From assembly GCF_009914755.1 (NCBI RefSeq), contig NC_060937.1: a DNA stretch of 64,000 nucleotides. One strand, given 5' to 3'. Position 1 is the first letter of the stretch. Every line of letters begins with the position of its first letter. Origin of the DNA: the human T2T-CHM13v2.0 reference genome, Homo sapiens. The translations under genes and the position numbers were made by a program. The notes under the pieces were generated by a model. The model searched no databases. It was not told where the DNA came from and saw only the letters and a program-made list of their open reading frames with translations. Positions 1-14,263 of the stretch are shown in pieces.

Positions 1-9
1 CTGCTTGTG

Positions 10-229
10 AACTCCTGACCTCAAGTGATCTGGCCCTCTCAGCCTCCCAGAGTGCTGGGATTACAGGCCTGAGCCACCGTGCACAGCCCAGTTTTTGTAT
101 TTTTTTTTTTAAACAGAGATGGGGTTTCACCATGTTGACGAGGCTGGTCTCAAATTCCTGACCCCAAGTGATCCGCCCACCTGGGCCTCCCGAAGTGCTG
201 GGATTACAGGCATGAGCCAATGCACCCAC
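10..229 (-). mobile_element. Two tandem Alu left-arm segments
   Basis: The motif ctcctgacctcaagtgatc...gtgctgggattacaggc occurs twice, separated by a T-rich linker. Confidence 0.85.
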
Positions 230-604
230 CCTTGAATGACTGTTTTGTCTGTACATTTCTCATGTCTTACATGGCATTGTAAAGGCAATCAAATCTTTTC
301 ATTCATGTGGTTTTGGACCTTTTCAATAATGGTATTATTCTTTGTACTTAGAAGCTTGGCAAGCACTAGAACCCATCTCTCAAGCAAAACAGGCTGAAGA
401 CATCAGGACATACAGCAGCTGCAGCTTGAGGGAGGTTGCATGAAATATTAATCCTGCTTCTCTCAGAACAGAGTCCTGCAGCAGAGCCAATGAAGCAATC
501 ACTAGCTCCATAAATAAGACACTGCAATAAATTTAAAAATACCTAAGATGTTTTTGTAGTCTGTGATAACAACTATGCATGGTAGAAAGGCTAGTGAAAA
601 ACAG

Positions 605-2030
605 CTACATAGACCAATGTAACACAATAGAGAGCCCAGAAATTAACCCATCATATATGGTCAACTAAATTTCAATAAGGATACCAAGAATACACAGTGG
701 GAAAATGACAGTCTCTTCAATAAATGATGTTGGGAAAACTGGATATCCACACACAAAAGAATGAAATTGGACAGCTGTTGTACACCATACCCAAAAATCA
801 ACTCAAAATGGATTAAAAACTTAAATGTAAGACTTGAAACCATAAAACTCTTAGAAGAGAACATAGGGGAAAAGATCCTTGATACCGGATACAACACCAA
901 GCAAAAATAAACAAGTGGGACTATATCAAACTAAAATGCTTCTGCACAGTAAACAATCAATAAAATGAAAAGATAACCTATAGAATGGGAGAAAATATTT
1001 GCAAACCATATTATCTGGTAAGAGTTTAATATCCAAAATTCCTAAAAGACTCATACAACTGAACAGCAGAAAAACCCACAAATAACCTGAATGAAAAAAT
1101 GGGCAAAGGACCTAAATAGACATTTCTCCAAAGGAGACATACAAATGACTGACAGACATAGGAAAATGTGCTTACCATCACTAATCACCAGGGAAATGCA
1201 AATCAAATACACAATGAGGGTGGCTCATATTTTTTAAAAAAGATAACTGTTGGTGATGATGTGGAAAAAAGGAAAACTTTGTATATTACTGGTGGGAATA
1301 TAAATTGTTACAGCCATTATAGAAAATAGTATACAGGTTCCTCAAAAAATTAAACATAAAACTGCCATGTGGTCCAGCAATCCCACTATTGGGTACATAT
1401 CCAAAGGAAACGAAATCAATATGCTGAGGAGATATTTGTACTCTCATGTTTACTGCAGCATTCTCAGCAGCCAACATATGGAAACAACCTACGTGTTGAT
1501 TGATAAATGAACGAATGAAGAAATTGTGGTGTATACACACAATGGAATATTATTCAGCCCCCAAAAAAGGGAAACCCTGCCATTTGTGACATGGATGAAC
1601 CCAAAGGACATTATGTTAAGTGAAATAAGCCAGATACAGGTAGACAAACACTGTATGATTTTACATATATGTGAAATCTAAAACAGTGAAGCAGAGAGTA
1701 GCATGGTGGTTGTCAGGGGCTGGGGGAAGGGGGAGATTGGAAAGTGATGGTTACAGGGTACAAAGTTTCATCATAGTGCCTATAGCTAACCATACTGTAC
1801 TGTGTACTTAAAATTGCTAAGAGGGTAGATCTTCTGTTAAGACCTCTTATCAAAACAACAATCATAATAAAAGGGGTGGGAGGAAACTTTGAGATGTGAC
1901 AGGTATGTTTATGACCTTGATGATGGTGATGGTTTCATGGATGTTTATCCCCAAACTGATCAAGATGTATACATTAAATATGTACAACTTTTTAGATGTC
2001 AATCATACCTTAAGCGGTTTAAGAAAAACA
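605..2030 (+). mobile_element. Old L1 (L1MA/L1MB type) 3' end: ORF2 C-terminus plus 3'UTR
   Basis: L1 ORF2-like text (tagaccaatg, gggaaaactggatatcc, aatggaatattattcagcc), an L1M-type 3'UTR and an A-rich end. Confidence 0.85.
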
Positions 2031-3956
2031 ACAACAACAAAAGGCTTGTAGAATACACTAATCAGAGAATATAAACATCATCAGGGAGTTGCAGAAGCAG
2101 CATACCTGATTACTTGGCCTGATTTGGGGCCAGACATAGGGAAGCCAACTTCAGGAACAACCAAATGAGAATCCATTAGACTCACAGCACAAAGCTACCT
2201 CAAAGCAATCTGGCAGATATGCCAAAATGACACATTACATGAAAAAAAATAAAAATGAATTACAATTCTAAAGAAAGCTTCTGAAGTCCGCAGATTGTGT
2301 GTGCGTGTCCATTTGTGTGCATTTTTTTCCAGATCTTTTCTTGCAAAATTAAAAAACTTTTCCTTTCATATTTTCCCATCATTCCACAGTTGCTTTTCTT
2401 TTACCAAGTCCTAAGTAGCCTTTACTCCCTTGTCCACCAGTAAACATTGGTTTCATAAAGCCAAGAGGTTATCTAATCTTCATCCTAAAAGGATGGTGAT
2501 CCTTTGCTGGTGATTTGCATTTTCTGCCTAGAAATCTAAACAATTTTTCTTTGTTTTCAAGGTTAAAAAATTTAACCAGAATATAGCTTAAGGTTAGTGT
2601 TTCTCTATGAATCTATCACTAATTATGTATAATGTTGTTATCTCGTATCTTGTGGCTATTCTGTCTTTAACAGGTTTCTTCATTGGTGGGTTCTCAACTT
2701 CAGGAACATCAATTGTCTTTACGTTGATCACTTTTTGACTGTCCTCCATTACTGATTACATGGTCTCTTATTGCTTTGTCTTTTATTCTCTGCACTCAAC
2801 ATGATTAAATTAAGCCTTTATATCAGAATTTTAGTTTAGCTAATCATATTTCAATCATTACTGTTCTAATTTATCTGCCAGTTCCATGGTGGTTTTGTTT
2901 TAGCCCTCAGTTTCTTCCTTTTGCTTTGAAATCTTTCTTCTCATTTCACTGTTTTATAATCTTTGATTTCCTTTAAAAATATATATGTTCTTTCATTCCT
3001 TAGCAACATGGTGCAGTTGCATAAAATTGTCTTCCTTTCCTTGGCTTCTGTTTTCTTAAGTTATGATTAAGGTCTTCACTTGTCATTATGGTATTCAGTT
3101 TTATTCATTCAATATTGATTTACTGAGTGCCCAACATGTGTCAGGCACTATTCTTAATACTAAGGAAGGGCCTACTAGGGACACCATGTTTCTGCCCTCA
3201 TGGATGTTACATTTCAGACACAGAAGTCAGAGAACAAATACATACATCTATAATAAAACGTCAAGAGAGTCTATACTGGGGGCTTGTGAGCTCCTGGCTC
3301 AACTCTCAATTCCTCAATTGCTGCTATCATGCAAAAGCAACCACAGACAATCAGTAACCTAATATGTGTCACTGTGTTCCAGTAAAACTTTGCTGACACC
3401 TGCTTTCAGGCAACGATTTGCGTTTATCAATGTTATTCTCATCCTCTTTCTGGTATTGTTTTCTGAGGTCATTCCACTTACTGATATGATGACAATCAGG
3501 TATAAGGTCCTGGGTGGGCCAGTGGAGAAAAAAGAGGATGATGACCATTCCCAAGGACATGCAATGAGCCCTTTCCTTCACTTACAATTACTTCAAAACC
3601 AAGAGGAAAGGGCCATTTTGTTCTCTTCTGGCTGTTACCCATTTCTGGTTGTCTGTATAAAAGAACAAAAAGGTTGGAATCTGATACCAGCTTCATCCTG
3701 CAACTCTCCAGGCCCGCTACTGGGGTGACTACCAACTAACGGGGCACCCAGAGAATGAGAAAACATGGACATCCACCAGTGAAATTTCCCTAAAGGAGTA
3801 AGAGAGCACAGAAAAGTTGTAATGATACCTGCTGACTTAGTATTTTCTTCTACTGCCTGATTTCTTTTATGCACATGGTAGACTTAAACATTTAATTGTC
3901 AGCTTATTTTCCTAGGACACTAAAATACTTTAAAAACACATTTTAAAATTCTTATT

Positions 3957-4160
3957 ACCAGCCTTGGCATCATAGTGAGACCTTGTCTCTACTAAAAGTA
4001 AAAACAAACAAACAAACAAAAACTACCCAGGCATGGTGTTGCATGCCTGTAGTCCTAGCTACTTAAAGGCCAGAGGCAGGAGACTCATTTGAGCCCAGGA
4101 ATTTGAGTTTACAGTGAGCTATGATTGTGCCACTGCACTCCAGCCTGGACAACAGAATGA
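3957..4160 (+). mobile_element. 5'-truncated AluJ-like element
   Basis: Alu right arm (tgagcccaggaatttgag...ccactgcactccagcctgg). Confidence 0.8.
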
Positions 4161-4714
4161 GACCCTTTCTCAAAGAAAACCCCTCTAATTTAAAAGAAAA
4201 CAAAAGTTTTTATTCACTGCAGAAACAAATGCAAATAGGCAAGGAAAGTAAATATGATCCTGAATCCCCTCTCCCAAGAGGACAAATGTTAACATTTCTA
4301 GACATATTCTTCCAAATATAAACCTATATAAAACTAATATGTATGAAATGTATTATATACTAAAACATTAAACTCATATTGAATATGCAGCACTTTGCAG
4401 CCTTCCATAAGTAATACACAATAGCAATAACAAACATAAGAGAATATAAAGTACTCTCAAATTGGCCTGACTTATAACCGCTTTTTGTACTTACTAATGT
4501 ATCATGAAACCCTTTCTAAGTCTCTAAATGTTTTCTTTTTTTTTTCAGTGGCTGCATAGTATTCCACTGCACAGATGTACCATAACTCATTTAAAGAATC
4601 TCTCCTTTTTGGGAATTTAATTTGCTTCTATTTTTTCAATATTATGACCAACACTTAAACGAATATCCTTTCACCTAAATATAGGCATATATTCTTTTTT
4701 TCCATTACCTGTTA

Positions 4715-4935
4715 TTTTTGTTTTTGTTTTGTTTTGAAGACAGGGTCTCTGTTGCTCAGGCTGGAGTGTACTGGTGTGATCAGCTCACTGTAACCTCAAA
4801 CCCCTGTGCTCAAGGGATCCTCCTGTCTCTGCCTCCCAAGGAGCTGAGACTACAGGCATGCACCAGTGCGCCTGGCTAATTTTTTAAATTTTTCTTCTTG
4901 TAGAGATGGGGTCTCACTTTGTTGCCCAGGCTGCA
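4715..4935 (-). mobile_element. AluJ-like fragment
   Basis: cagggtctc...caggctggagtg...ctcaagggatcctcc. Confidence 0.8.
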
Positions 4936-5512
4936 CTACGTACTTTGTAGTAGAATTCTTCTTTATAAATATACTTTACCTCATCTGGGCACTGGTCTCA
5001 TTTTTATGTTGAAAACTTGGTGGCAACACTTGAGAAATGCTGGTTCTCTTTGCTAGTTTTGGTGGGGCAGCAGGAGAGGTAGACAACCCCTGGGGTAGGG
5101 TTAGAATATTGATGCTCTGTGAGGCAGTACCTACGAGGTGATGAGGCCCATGTAACTACTTGAAGAGATTAAGGGATCCAGTAGAGGGTAACTGTGAGTC
5201 AGAAATCCCACTGTGACCCTTACTGCCTATACCAAGAGAGTGCCGTTAAACCATTCAATACTGAAAGTGGGCATGAAAAAAATCCAAAGGGTATCACCAG
5301 CTGACAAAGGGCAGAAAATTTATACTCTAGGTTGACATTTAGGCCTTAACACACCTTGACAGCATGAGGCTCCATGGGGTGTGTCAGCATGGGGGATCTG
5401 AGGAAGCCCTCCCCTCTCTTGCAGTCTGTGGCTCTGCTTCATGAATATTATTACAGAAACTTCTGCGTGAAGACCATAAAGTGCATACTTTTTGACATCT
5501 GAAGCCTCAGAT

Positions 5513-6027
5513 TGTTGGGAACAGGCCCCCCAAAATCTGGCCATAAACTGGCCCCAAAACTGGCCATAAACAAAATCTCTGCAGCACTGTGACATATTCG
5601 TGATGGCCATGACACCCACGCTGGAAGGTTGTGGGTTTACCCGAATGAGGGCAAGGAACACCTGGCCCACCCAGGGCAGAAAACCGCTTAAAGGTGTTCT
5701 TAAACCACAAACAACAGCATGAGCCATCTGTGCCTTAAGCACATGCTCCTGCTGCAGATAACTAGCCCAACCCATCCCTTTATTTCCCCCCCCATCCCTT
5801 TGTTTCCCATAAGGGATACTTTTAGTTAATCTAAAATCTATAGAAACAATGCTAACGACTGGCTTGTTGTTAATAAATGTGTGGGTAAATCTCTGTTTGA
5901 GGCTCTCAGCTCTGAGGGCTGTGAGATCCCTGATTTCCCACTTCGCTCCTCTATATTTTCGTGTATGTGTCTTTAATTCCTCTAACGCAGCTGGGTTAGG
6001 GTCTCCCCGACCGAGCTGGTCTCGATA
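5513..6027 (+). mobile_element. Solo LTR, MER9 (HERV-K HML-3)
   Basis: 515 bp, starts TGTTGGGAACAGGCCCCCC and ends gagctggtctcgata. Has aataaa and a near-perfect 6-bp TSD (tcagat / tcagct). Confidence 0.85.
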
Positions 6028-6547
6028 TCAGCTGGTCAAGTCCATCTGGGAAACATATCCTGAGATGGGTGGAGCTTTCACGTCTTATTCATATTTATAC
6101 TTTCTTCCTTTCTTTTCTTTTCTTTTTTTTTTTTTTTGAGATGAAGCCCCCTTGTTATTTGCCTGGGAGTCTAGGATACAGCAGGCTCTGGGCAAATACA
6201 TACTGTAAAGTTGGCAGGTAGAAGGGGTTTTTGGCTGTTGTTTTTCAAACATATTATGAATATGTTGACATTATTAAAAACACATGCACATGCACATCAC
6301 CATTGCCCCAGAAGCCTCTCCAGCTCACGCGTGTCAAGCCCACTGATTTATAAGATTGCTTGCACATATTATATTTTAAAGCACATATTGCTTTTGTGAA
6401 ATGTGTATTTATTATGCATTTTGGAATTGATAATGTATGCCGAAAAGCAGCCTCTGCCTCGCTGGATCTGAGACAGTCTATCATGTAAACACATTTCTGG
6501 AAGGGACTTGATACAAATGCTTTAGACGGGGTCAACCAGCTTCCATG

Positions 6548-6570
6548 GTCTCTCTCTCTCTCTCTCTCTG

Positions 6571-6609
<39 letters not shown>
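6548..6609. repeat. (CT)n(CA)n compound microsatellite
   Basis: Direct reading. Confidence 0.95.
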
Positions 6610-6611
<2 letters not shown>

Positions 6612-9094
6612 CCCCTTCTCCTCCCCCGACCATGTCACACCCATATAAATAGATAATAAAAACAGTAATGGAACAACAGCCCCAGAGGAAAGCTCTGTTA
6701 GGAATAAATCTGATTTTCAAAGCTGCACAAAACCCATCCAGCGAAGTAACCTTGTAAAAAGCAACAATTTATAACTCTACAGATTGGGCTGCCCCAAATT
6801 AGGGAAATGGCTCTGTGAGCCCCCAACAAGTGTGTTCTTCAAATACCCTCAGCTGTGGCTCCAAGTACAAGAGTTGATAGGAAATCTAATTTGCGGTCAG
6901 TCTATAAGGACAGTGTTCCAGACTCTGATCACCTTGGCAAGGCCATGTGGGTCAGTGTATGGCTGTGTGGGTGTGGGGGGCTGTGTAGGTATGTGGGTCT
7001 GTGTGTTGCTGTGTGGGTTGGGGTGTGGCTGTGTGGGTCTGTGTGTGGTCACCCTGTGTAATGTGCATTCACACCCCACTCTGGCAGCTTAATCTTTTCC
7101 TCCCCAGCATCCATTAGCATAATCAACTGGAGGCCTGCCCAGAACCTGCCAAGCTTGTATTAATGTTGGCTCAGGGGGAGATTTATTCCTTCCTAGCACA
7201 GCACAGGCTATACCTGGCTCAGCTAGGACTCTCCCACCTTTATACCCCTCACTACACTACACATACACACACACATCCATGCACACATACAGGCACACGC
7301 ACTTGCACATGAACACACACATACACGAGCGCCAGGTGGAACTAGTTCTGATTAGTGTTAGGAAGTGGAAGCTCCTTGGCCTCTGCCAAATATAGTCAAT
7401 CACCCCGAGATTTTCAGAGCCTCTGCATCACTGTTTGATTTGGAAACCCCTTTCCTATTCTGCAAGGGCCACAAGCACATTATAAATGCAATCTCACTTG
7501 GAGGCTTAAGTGCCAACCTGGGGTCAAACAGCTGTGTCATCTGAATGAGTAATTTACCTCTCTGCTCATCAGTTTGCTCATTCATAAAATGGGAATATTA
7601 GCAGGATGACATCATGAGGTTCCTCATTAAGGTATCATTTTTAAAATGAACAACAGTCCCTGCCCAGTGGGAGAGGCATCAGACAGAATGTCTACTCCCA
7701 CCTCAGTCCAGGATGGAATTAATCTCAGCCTCTTACCCCTGCTAAGTCCAATCACACAAACCCTGCAGGGAGAAAGACAGCATCTGCCATAGAGTCAGGC
7801 TGCCACCCTGTTCACCTGCTTCTGTCCTTGGCACCTGCCCCTGAGCTCCAGACACACAGAACTCTTCACTGATCCCAGGACACACTCCCTTTGCACATGC
7901 TATGTCCTCTGCCTGGATTTCCCTTCCACCTATTCTCTGCCTAGAAAACTTACATCACCCTTCAAAGCTCAGATATAAAACCATCATTCATTGCAGTCTT
8001 CTCTGCTCCCTCCTCTTCTCCCTCAGCCTCAAGCAGAGATAATTTCTTGGGTAGCCATGGAATCTCATGAAAAGTTCTATTTGAACACTTTCTATACTTG
8101 CAACACCAGGACATGACGTGGTTCTTCCACCAAATGGTGAACCCCTTGAGGAGAGGAGTTATGTTTATCTTCGATTCCCTAATACTTAACCCAGTGTCAA
8201 GTACGTACTAGTAAACTTAATCCATGTTTGAATGGATTATTCTTTGTGTCCTCAAAGTTTAACTCCAAGACTGGGGCATACTAATTATCTAATCAGTGTT
8301 TGTGGAAGTGACCAATTAATTGTTATGACTCTATCTCTACAGCCCCACAGCCTGGTAGAGTTAAGTGTTTGAATGAGTGAACTGTGCCTCATATTCTGGC
8401 CACTCACTATGCTGCCTGGACCATAGTAGGTGTCAAAAAAAGGTTTGCATGAATGTCCATTCCCCCTGCACCTGGTATAGAGTTTATCTCACTGTTGCAA
8501 TTGACAACTCCCATGCTTCTTCAACTCAATTAGTGCAGGTTTACCTTACTTACCTGATGATGCAATGCAGGTTCAGGGCAGAAGAGGATGGGCGAGGGAA
8601 GGAGGGGCTCTGCTCCACTCGTTCATTCAAGATAACCCAGGCTCCTGATGGCTCTGCCAGTTTCAACAAGTGGCCTTCCAGGGTCATCCTTGGTGTTGAA
8701 ACCTCACTGGAAAGTTGTGGAAAAAACAGGAATATTTTATGGCCAGGCCAGGAACTAGCCCACATCACTTCTGCTCACATTCTTTTGGCTAGTACTCAGT
8801 CACTTGGTCAAACCTCACTGCAGGGAAGGCTGGAAAATGTAGCTTTACTGTGTGCTCAAGTAAAAGTGGAAATGGGTTTGATGAGCAGTACTAAGTCCAA
8901 AAAACTTGTCAGTCATCCACAGATATTTGATGAATAATATGAATAATGAGTTTTTCTATACCTGGATGCTAGGTATAGGTATGGTTCCACATAGCATATG
9001 CTCAATGAGTAGTTGAAATAATTCCTCTCTGTATTCTGAAAAGCCTTACATATTGTCTGATGCAGAGATGGTACTCAGTAAATAAATGGATGAA

Positions 9095-9565
9095 AAGGAG
9101 GGAGAGAGGGAGGGAGGAGGGAGGGAGGGAGGGAGGAAGGAAGGAAAGGAAGGAAGGAAGGAAGGAAGGAAGGAAGGAAGGAAAGGTTTAATAACAAAGG
9201 GTAGATAATGTATCGATGAATGGATGGATGGATGAAAGAAATCAAGTATGGGTGGGAGAAAAGTAGGAAGAAAAGATTTAATAACAGATGAGTGAATGAT
9301 GTATAGATGAATGGATGGGTGAAATCAATCAAGGATGCAAGGGAGGAAAAGAAGAAAGGAAGGAAGGAAGGAACAAACGAAGGAAGGAGAAAAGGAAGGA
9401 AAATGCTAAGAGTAATAATGGATGGATGATGGATAGATGAATGGATGAAGAAAGAAAGGATGAGTGAGAGAAAGGAAGGGAGATGGGAGGAAGGTATATA
9501 TATACATATACTACATACATATATACATATACATAGTTTTGTTAATATGTAACAAGAATTAGGAG

Positions 9566-9597
<32 letters not shown>
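9095..9597. repeat. GA-rich low-complexity tract: (GGAA)n, (GGAT)n, then (CA)n
   Basis: Direct reading. Confidence 0.9.
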
Positions 9598-9600
<3 letters not shown>

Positions 9601-12065
9601 TGGGAAATGAATTACTTGGGAAATTGTTACCGTCATAAACTAGGGCAATGGGTTAACCCTGAGAACTCAGGTCTTCCTGTTAGCCCCAACTGCTCAGTCC
9701 CCACTTGGTCCTGATCCCTTGGCGCACCCCTCATTACACCCTACACAGGGACTTGACCACCTTCCAGCTTCCAAGTAGGAGTGAGCTTACATCCAGGTTT
9801 CCTGGGTATGGTGGCTACAGCTTCAAGTGAGAGCCATGGAAAACGGGGGGTGGGAAGACAGAGCAAGGTTTTAGATTCAAAACCTGCACTCTGCTTGAGT
9901 GATCAACATCATTTCCATACTATAATTACATTGCCCAATTCTCCCCTGATTGTACTGCTATCTTGTAGGCTGTCCTGGTTGGAAGTAATCTAAAACTATG
10001 AGATGTCAGATTCTGTGAAACAATGACTTCCCAAGGAAATATGGTCCTAGACAGTAACTGATAAATCCCATTAGGCCTCTTATCCCCTATTTGGTCTCTT
10101 CTGAGATGACATTGTTGATTTGTCTAATGCAAACTGTGTACCCAGTTTTGCTGAAGGAGAAAAATTCGCCCAACTTTGGAGGATGAGGGCTCAGGGAGTC
10201 TAAGCCAGGGAGCAGAAGGAGGATGGGATTGAGGTATGGTAGGTGGCTACATCAGATACATCTTGACGGATTTTTCTCCATGTTCTGCCTGATTATTCTG
10301 GTCCAGAGAACTCCTACAAAGAGAGTTTGCTACTATAGTGTTTTAAGTCAGGGGCCACAGGATCTGTTCTTGTGAAACTTGGTTAGGATAAAGGAAAAAG
10401 GGGGCGCATTTGGCTCAGAACTCAAGAGGTGCTCCACAAGGGATGCCCCAGAACTCTGCAGATGGTCCAAGAGGAGAACACATCTCTGCAAAGCACCCCT
10501 GCCTCTCCAATCCTGATATCCCCATTCCCCAGCTTCTGTACCCTAAACCCAGAACTTTGCTGAGCTAGAGTGTGTTAAAATAATTGTGTTTATCTTGTGC
10601 TCTTGTAAAATTTAGGGCTCGTTTGCTTAAGACATGCCCCCACCCAGCCAATTTCTTCCTTCCCCTGTCTTTTCTGGGTCCAGGGATCAGAGAGGAAAGA
10701 CTTTTGTTAAAGAGGAAAGCAAGCTGAAGTGAAAAGGAAGGAGCACTAAACTAGGAGTCAGGCAATGAAATTACAATCCCTATCTTGTGGCAAAGTTGCT
10801 GAGCTGCTTTGAGCAAGTCTCATCCCCTTTCTGGCCTGGCCTGCAACTCCCCATCTTAAGATAAGGGGTTAGTCTAGAACATTTTAAAATTAGCTGCTAA
10901 TATTTAAAATCTAGAGATCCCACATAAAAGAGGTTTTTAACTCCTCCCATGAATTCCAATTGGAAACACCAGTCTCACACTCCCACTTGGCCTCAAACAG
11001 CTGAAACTGAGTGGTAGCTTCTCGCTTTAGGTGGGAGATGCACTCTCAGGTTAACCACAATCCCCACTACTCCCTATTGCTTTATAACTTGCTTCACTTG
11101 CTTATGTTATCAACTGGCCCTTATAAGCTTATGTTTATAATTTCTAGATATCTACTCCTACTCCAGCTTCATCAATCCAAAATAAACTCACTCTCACACA
11201 GAAGCCAAGGGTAAGAACCATCACCTGTGACTGCTACTTGTCAACACTAATTAGGCCTGCATGGTCCCAATTCAGCACCCTGGACAAATTATTGAGAGCT
11301 ATTGGAGGCAAGTAAGTCCTCCCAGATCCCACCAAGTCCTGTCTAATGGGCAGCCACGCCCTTGCCCAGCCTGAGAATATTCTGATACCTGATAGACTGG
11401 AACTTCATCTTGTTATTATCACCAAAGCCCTGAATCTCTGCTGAATCTGCCCCGTGTTTGATTTCTTTGTAATTCTGCCACTCCTTGGGATCAGGTTGGG
11501 GATGTGTAATTCTTCTCTGTCAAGACATGTCTAAACTGCCTATCTTCTAGATGCAACTGCTGCTTCCCAAAGGCCATCGTCCATGTTGTATAAAGAATGA
11601 TGGATTTGATATCGTATATTACCGCTGTGCACTTTCATTTTCCATGTCTGATTTTCCTCCCCCAAATTGCTGAGTGATCGAGAGGCTAGGGTTGTTTTTA
11701 TGAGAGGTGTCATAAGACCATCTTCATGCACAACATGGCCAGGCAAGGTGGATCAGAGATAAGGAAAAATTGTCAGGTACCTCCGAGTTGTTTCTTGCTG
11801 GTATCTCTTTCCAAGTTCCCTCCAAGGCGTCTCTCCAGGAGTCCATGGCTGTCAGGAGGATATCAGTTTGGTTAATCTGGTTTCAACTCCTTACAATTAC
11901 TTAGCCCACCAATCAAAATCCACCATAATTTGGGACCCACTGAGTGCCCACTCTGTGTCAGGCACTGTGCTAGGTCTAGGACATAAGAGATAAAAAGTGT
12001 ATCTCTGTTCTTCTGAAGCTCCTATTCCAGTGAGTAAGACAGACAATTAAAACAAAGCTATAGTG

Positions 12066-12196
12066 TGATGCAGTGGGTCACACCTGTAATCCCAGCACTT
12101 TCGGAGGCTGAGGCAGGTGGATCATTTGAGGTCAGGAGCTCAAGACCAGCCTGGCCAAAATAGAGAAACCCCATCTATACTGAAAATACAAAAATT
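12066..12196 (+). mobile_element. Alu left arm (host of the L1PA insertion; right arm at 18301-18450)
   Basis: cacctgtaatcccagcactttcggaggctgaggcaggtggatc...aaaatacaaaaatt, followed directly by the L1 5' end. Confidence 0.9.
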
Positions 12197-13174
12197 GGGC
12201 TGAATAGGAACAGCTCCAGTCTACAGCTCCCAGCATGAGCGATGCAGAAGATGGGTGATTTCTGCATTTCCAACTGAGGTAGTGGGTTCATCTCACCAGG
12301 GCTTGTTGGACAGTGGGTGCAGCCCATGGAGTGTGAGCCCAAGCAGGGCAGGGCATTGCCTCACCCAGGAAGTGCAAGGGGTCAGGGAATTCCCTTTCCT
12401 AGCCAAGGGAAGCCGTGACAGATGGTACCTGGAAAATCAGCACTCCTACCATAATACTGTGCTTTTCCAATGGTCTTAGCAAACGGCACACCAGGAGATT
12501 ATATCCCGCACCTGGCTCGGAGGGTCCTATGCCCACAGAGCCTCACTCACTGCTAGCACAGCAGTCTGAGATCCAACTGCAAGGTGGCAATGAGGCTGGA
12601 GGAGGGGTGTCCACCATTGCTGAGGTTGAGTAGGTAAACAAAACAGCCGGGAAGCTCGAACTGGGTGGAGCCCACCGCAGTTCAAAGAGGCCTGCCTGCC
12701 TCTGTAGACTCCACCTCTGGGGGTAGGGCATAGCTGAACAAAAGGCAACAGAAACTTCTGCAGACTTAAACGTCCTTGTCTGACAGCTTTGAAGAGAGTA
12801 GTGGTTCTCCCAGCATGGAGTTTGAGATCTGAGAACAGACAGACTGCCTCCTCAAGTGGATCCCTGACCCCCGAGTAGCCTAACTGGGAGATAATTCCCA
12901 GTAGGGACCGACTGACACCTCGTACAGCCAAATTCCCCTCTGAGACAAAGCTTTCAGAGGAAGGATCAGGCAGCAATATTTGCTGTTCTGCATCCTCTGC
13001 TGCTGATACCCAGGCAAACAGGGTCTGGAGTGGACCTCTAGCAAACTCCAACAGACCTGCAGCTGAGGGTCCTGACTGTTGGAAGGAAAACTAACAAACA
13101 GAAAGGACATCCACACCAAAACCCCATCTGTGTATCACCATCATTAAAGACCAAAGGTAGATAAAACCACAAAG

Positions 13175-14200
13175 ACAGGGAGAAACCAGAGCAGAAAAGC
13201 TCAAAATTCTAAAAATCAGAGTGCCTCTTCTCCTCCAAAGGAACACAGCTCCTCGCCAGCAATGGAACAAAGCTGGACGAAAAATGACTTTGACGAGTTG
13301 ACAGAAGCAGGCTTCAGACCACTGGTAATAACAAACATCTCCGAGCTAAAGGACGATGTTTGAATCCATCGCAAAGAAGCTAAAAACTTTGAAAAAAGAC
13401 TAGATGAAAGGCTAACTAGAATAAACAGTGTAGAGAAGTCCTTAAATGACCTGATGGAGCTGAAAACCATGGCACGAGAACTACGTGACACATGCACAAG
13501 CTTCAGTAGCCGATTCGATCAAGTGGAAGAAACGGTATCAGTGATTGAAGATCAAATGAATGAAATGAAATGAGAAGAGAAGTTTAGAGAAAAAAGAGTA
13601 AAAAGAAATGAACAAAGCCTCAAAGAAATATGGGACTATGTGAAAAAACCAAATCTACGTCTCATCGGTGTACCCGAAAGTGACAGGGAGAATGGAACCA
13701 AGTTGGAAAACACTCTGCAGGATATTATCCAGGAGAACTTCCCCAACCTAGTGAGGCAGGCCAACATTCAAATTCAGAAAATACAGAGAATGCCACAAAG
13801 ATACTCCTCGAGAAGAGCAACTCCAAGACGCATAATTGTCACATTCACCAAAGTTGAAATGAAGGAAAAAATGTTAAGGGCAGCCAGAGAGAAAGGTTGG
13901 GTTACCCACAAATGGAAGCCCATCAGACTAACAGCTGATCTCTGAGCACAAACTCTACAAGCCAGAAGAGAGTTGGAGCCAATATTCAACATTCTTAAAG
14001 AAAAGAATTTTCAACCCAGAATTTCATATCCAGCCAAACTAAGCTTCATGAGTGAAGGAGAAATAAAATCCTTTACAGACAAGCAAATGCTGAGAGATTT
14101 TGTCATCACCAGGTCTGCCTTACAAGAGCTCCTGAAGGAAGCACTAAACATGGAAAGGAACAACCGGTACCAGCCACTGCAAAAACATGCCAAATTGTAA
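13175..14200 (+). pseudogene. L1 ORF1p remnant
   Basis: Start codon ATG is mutated to ACA and there are internal stops. Peptides PNLRLIGVPE and RISYPAKLSF are recognisable. Confidence 0.9.
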
Positions 14201-14263
14201 ACATCATCGATGCTAGGAAGAAACTGCATCAACTAACATGCAAAATAACCAGCTAACATCATA

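Noticed and set aside
6254-9593. ORFs rich in CV, HT or PSFL repeats
   Set aside because: Translations of microsatellites and GA-rich low-complexity DNA.
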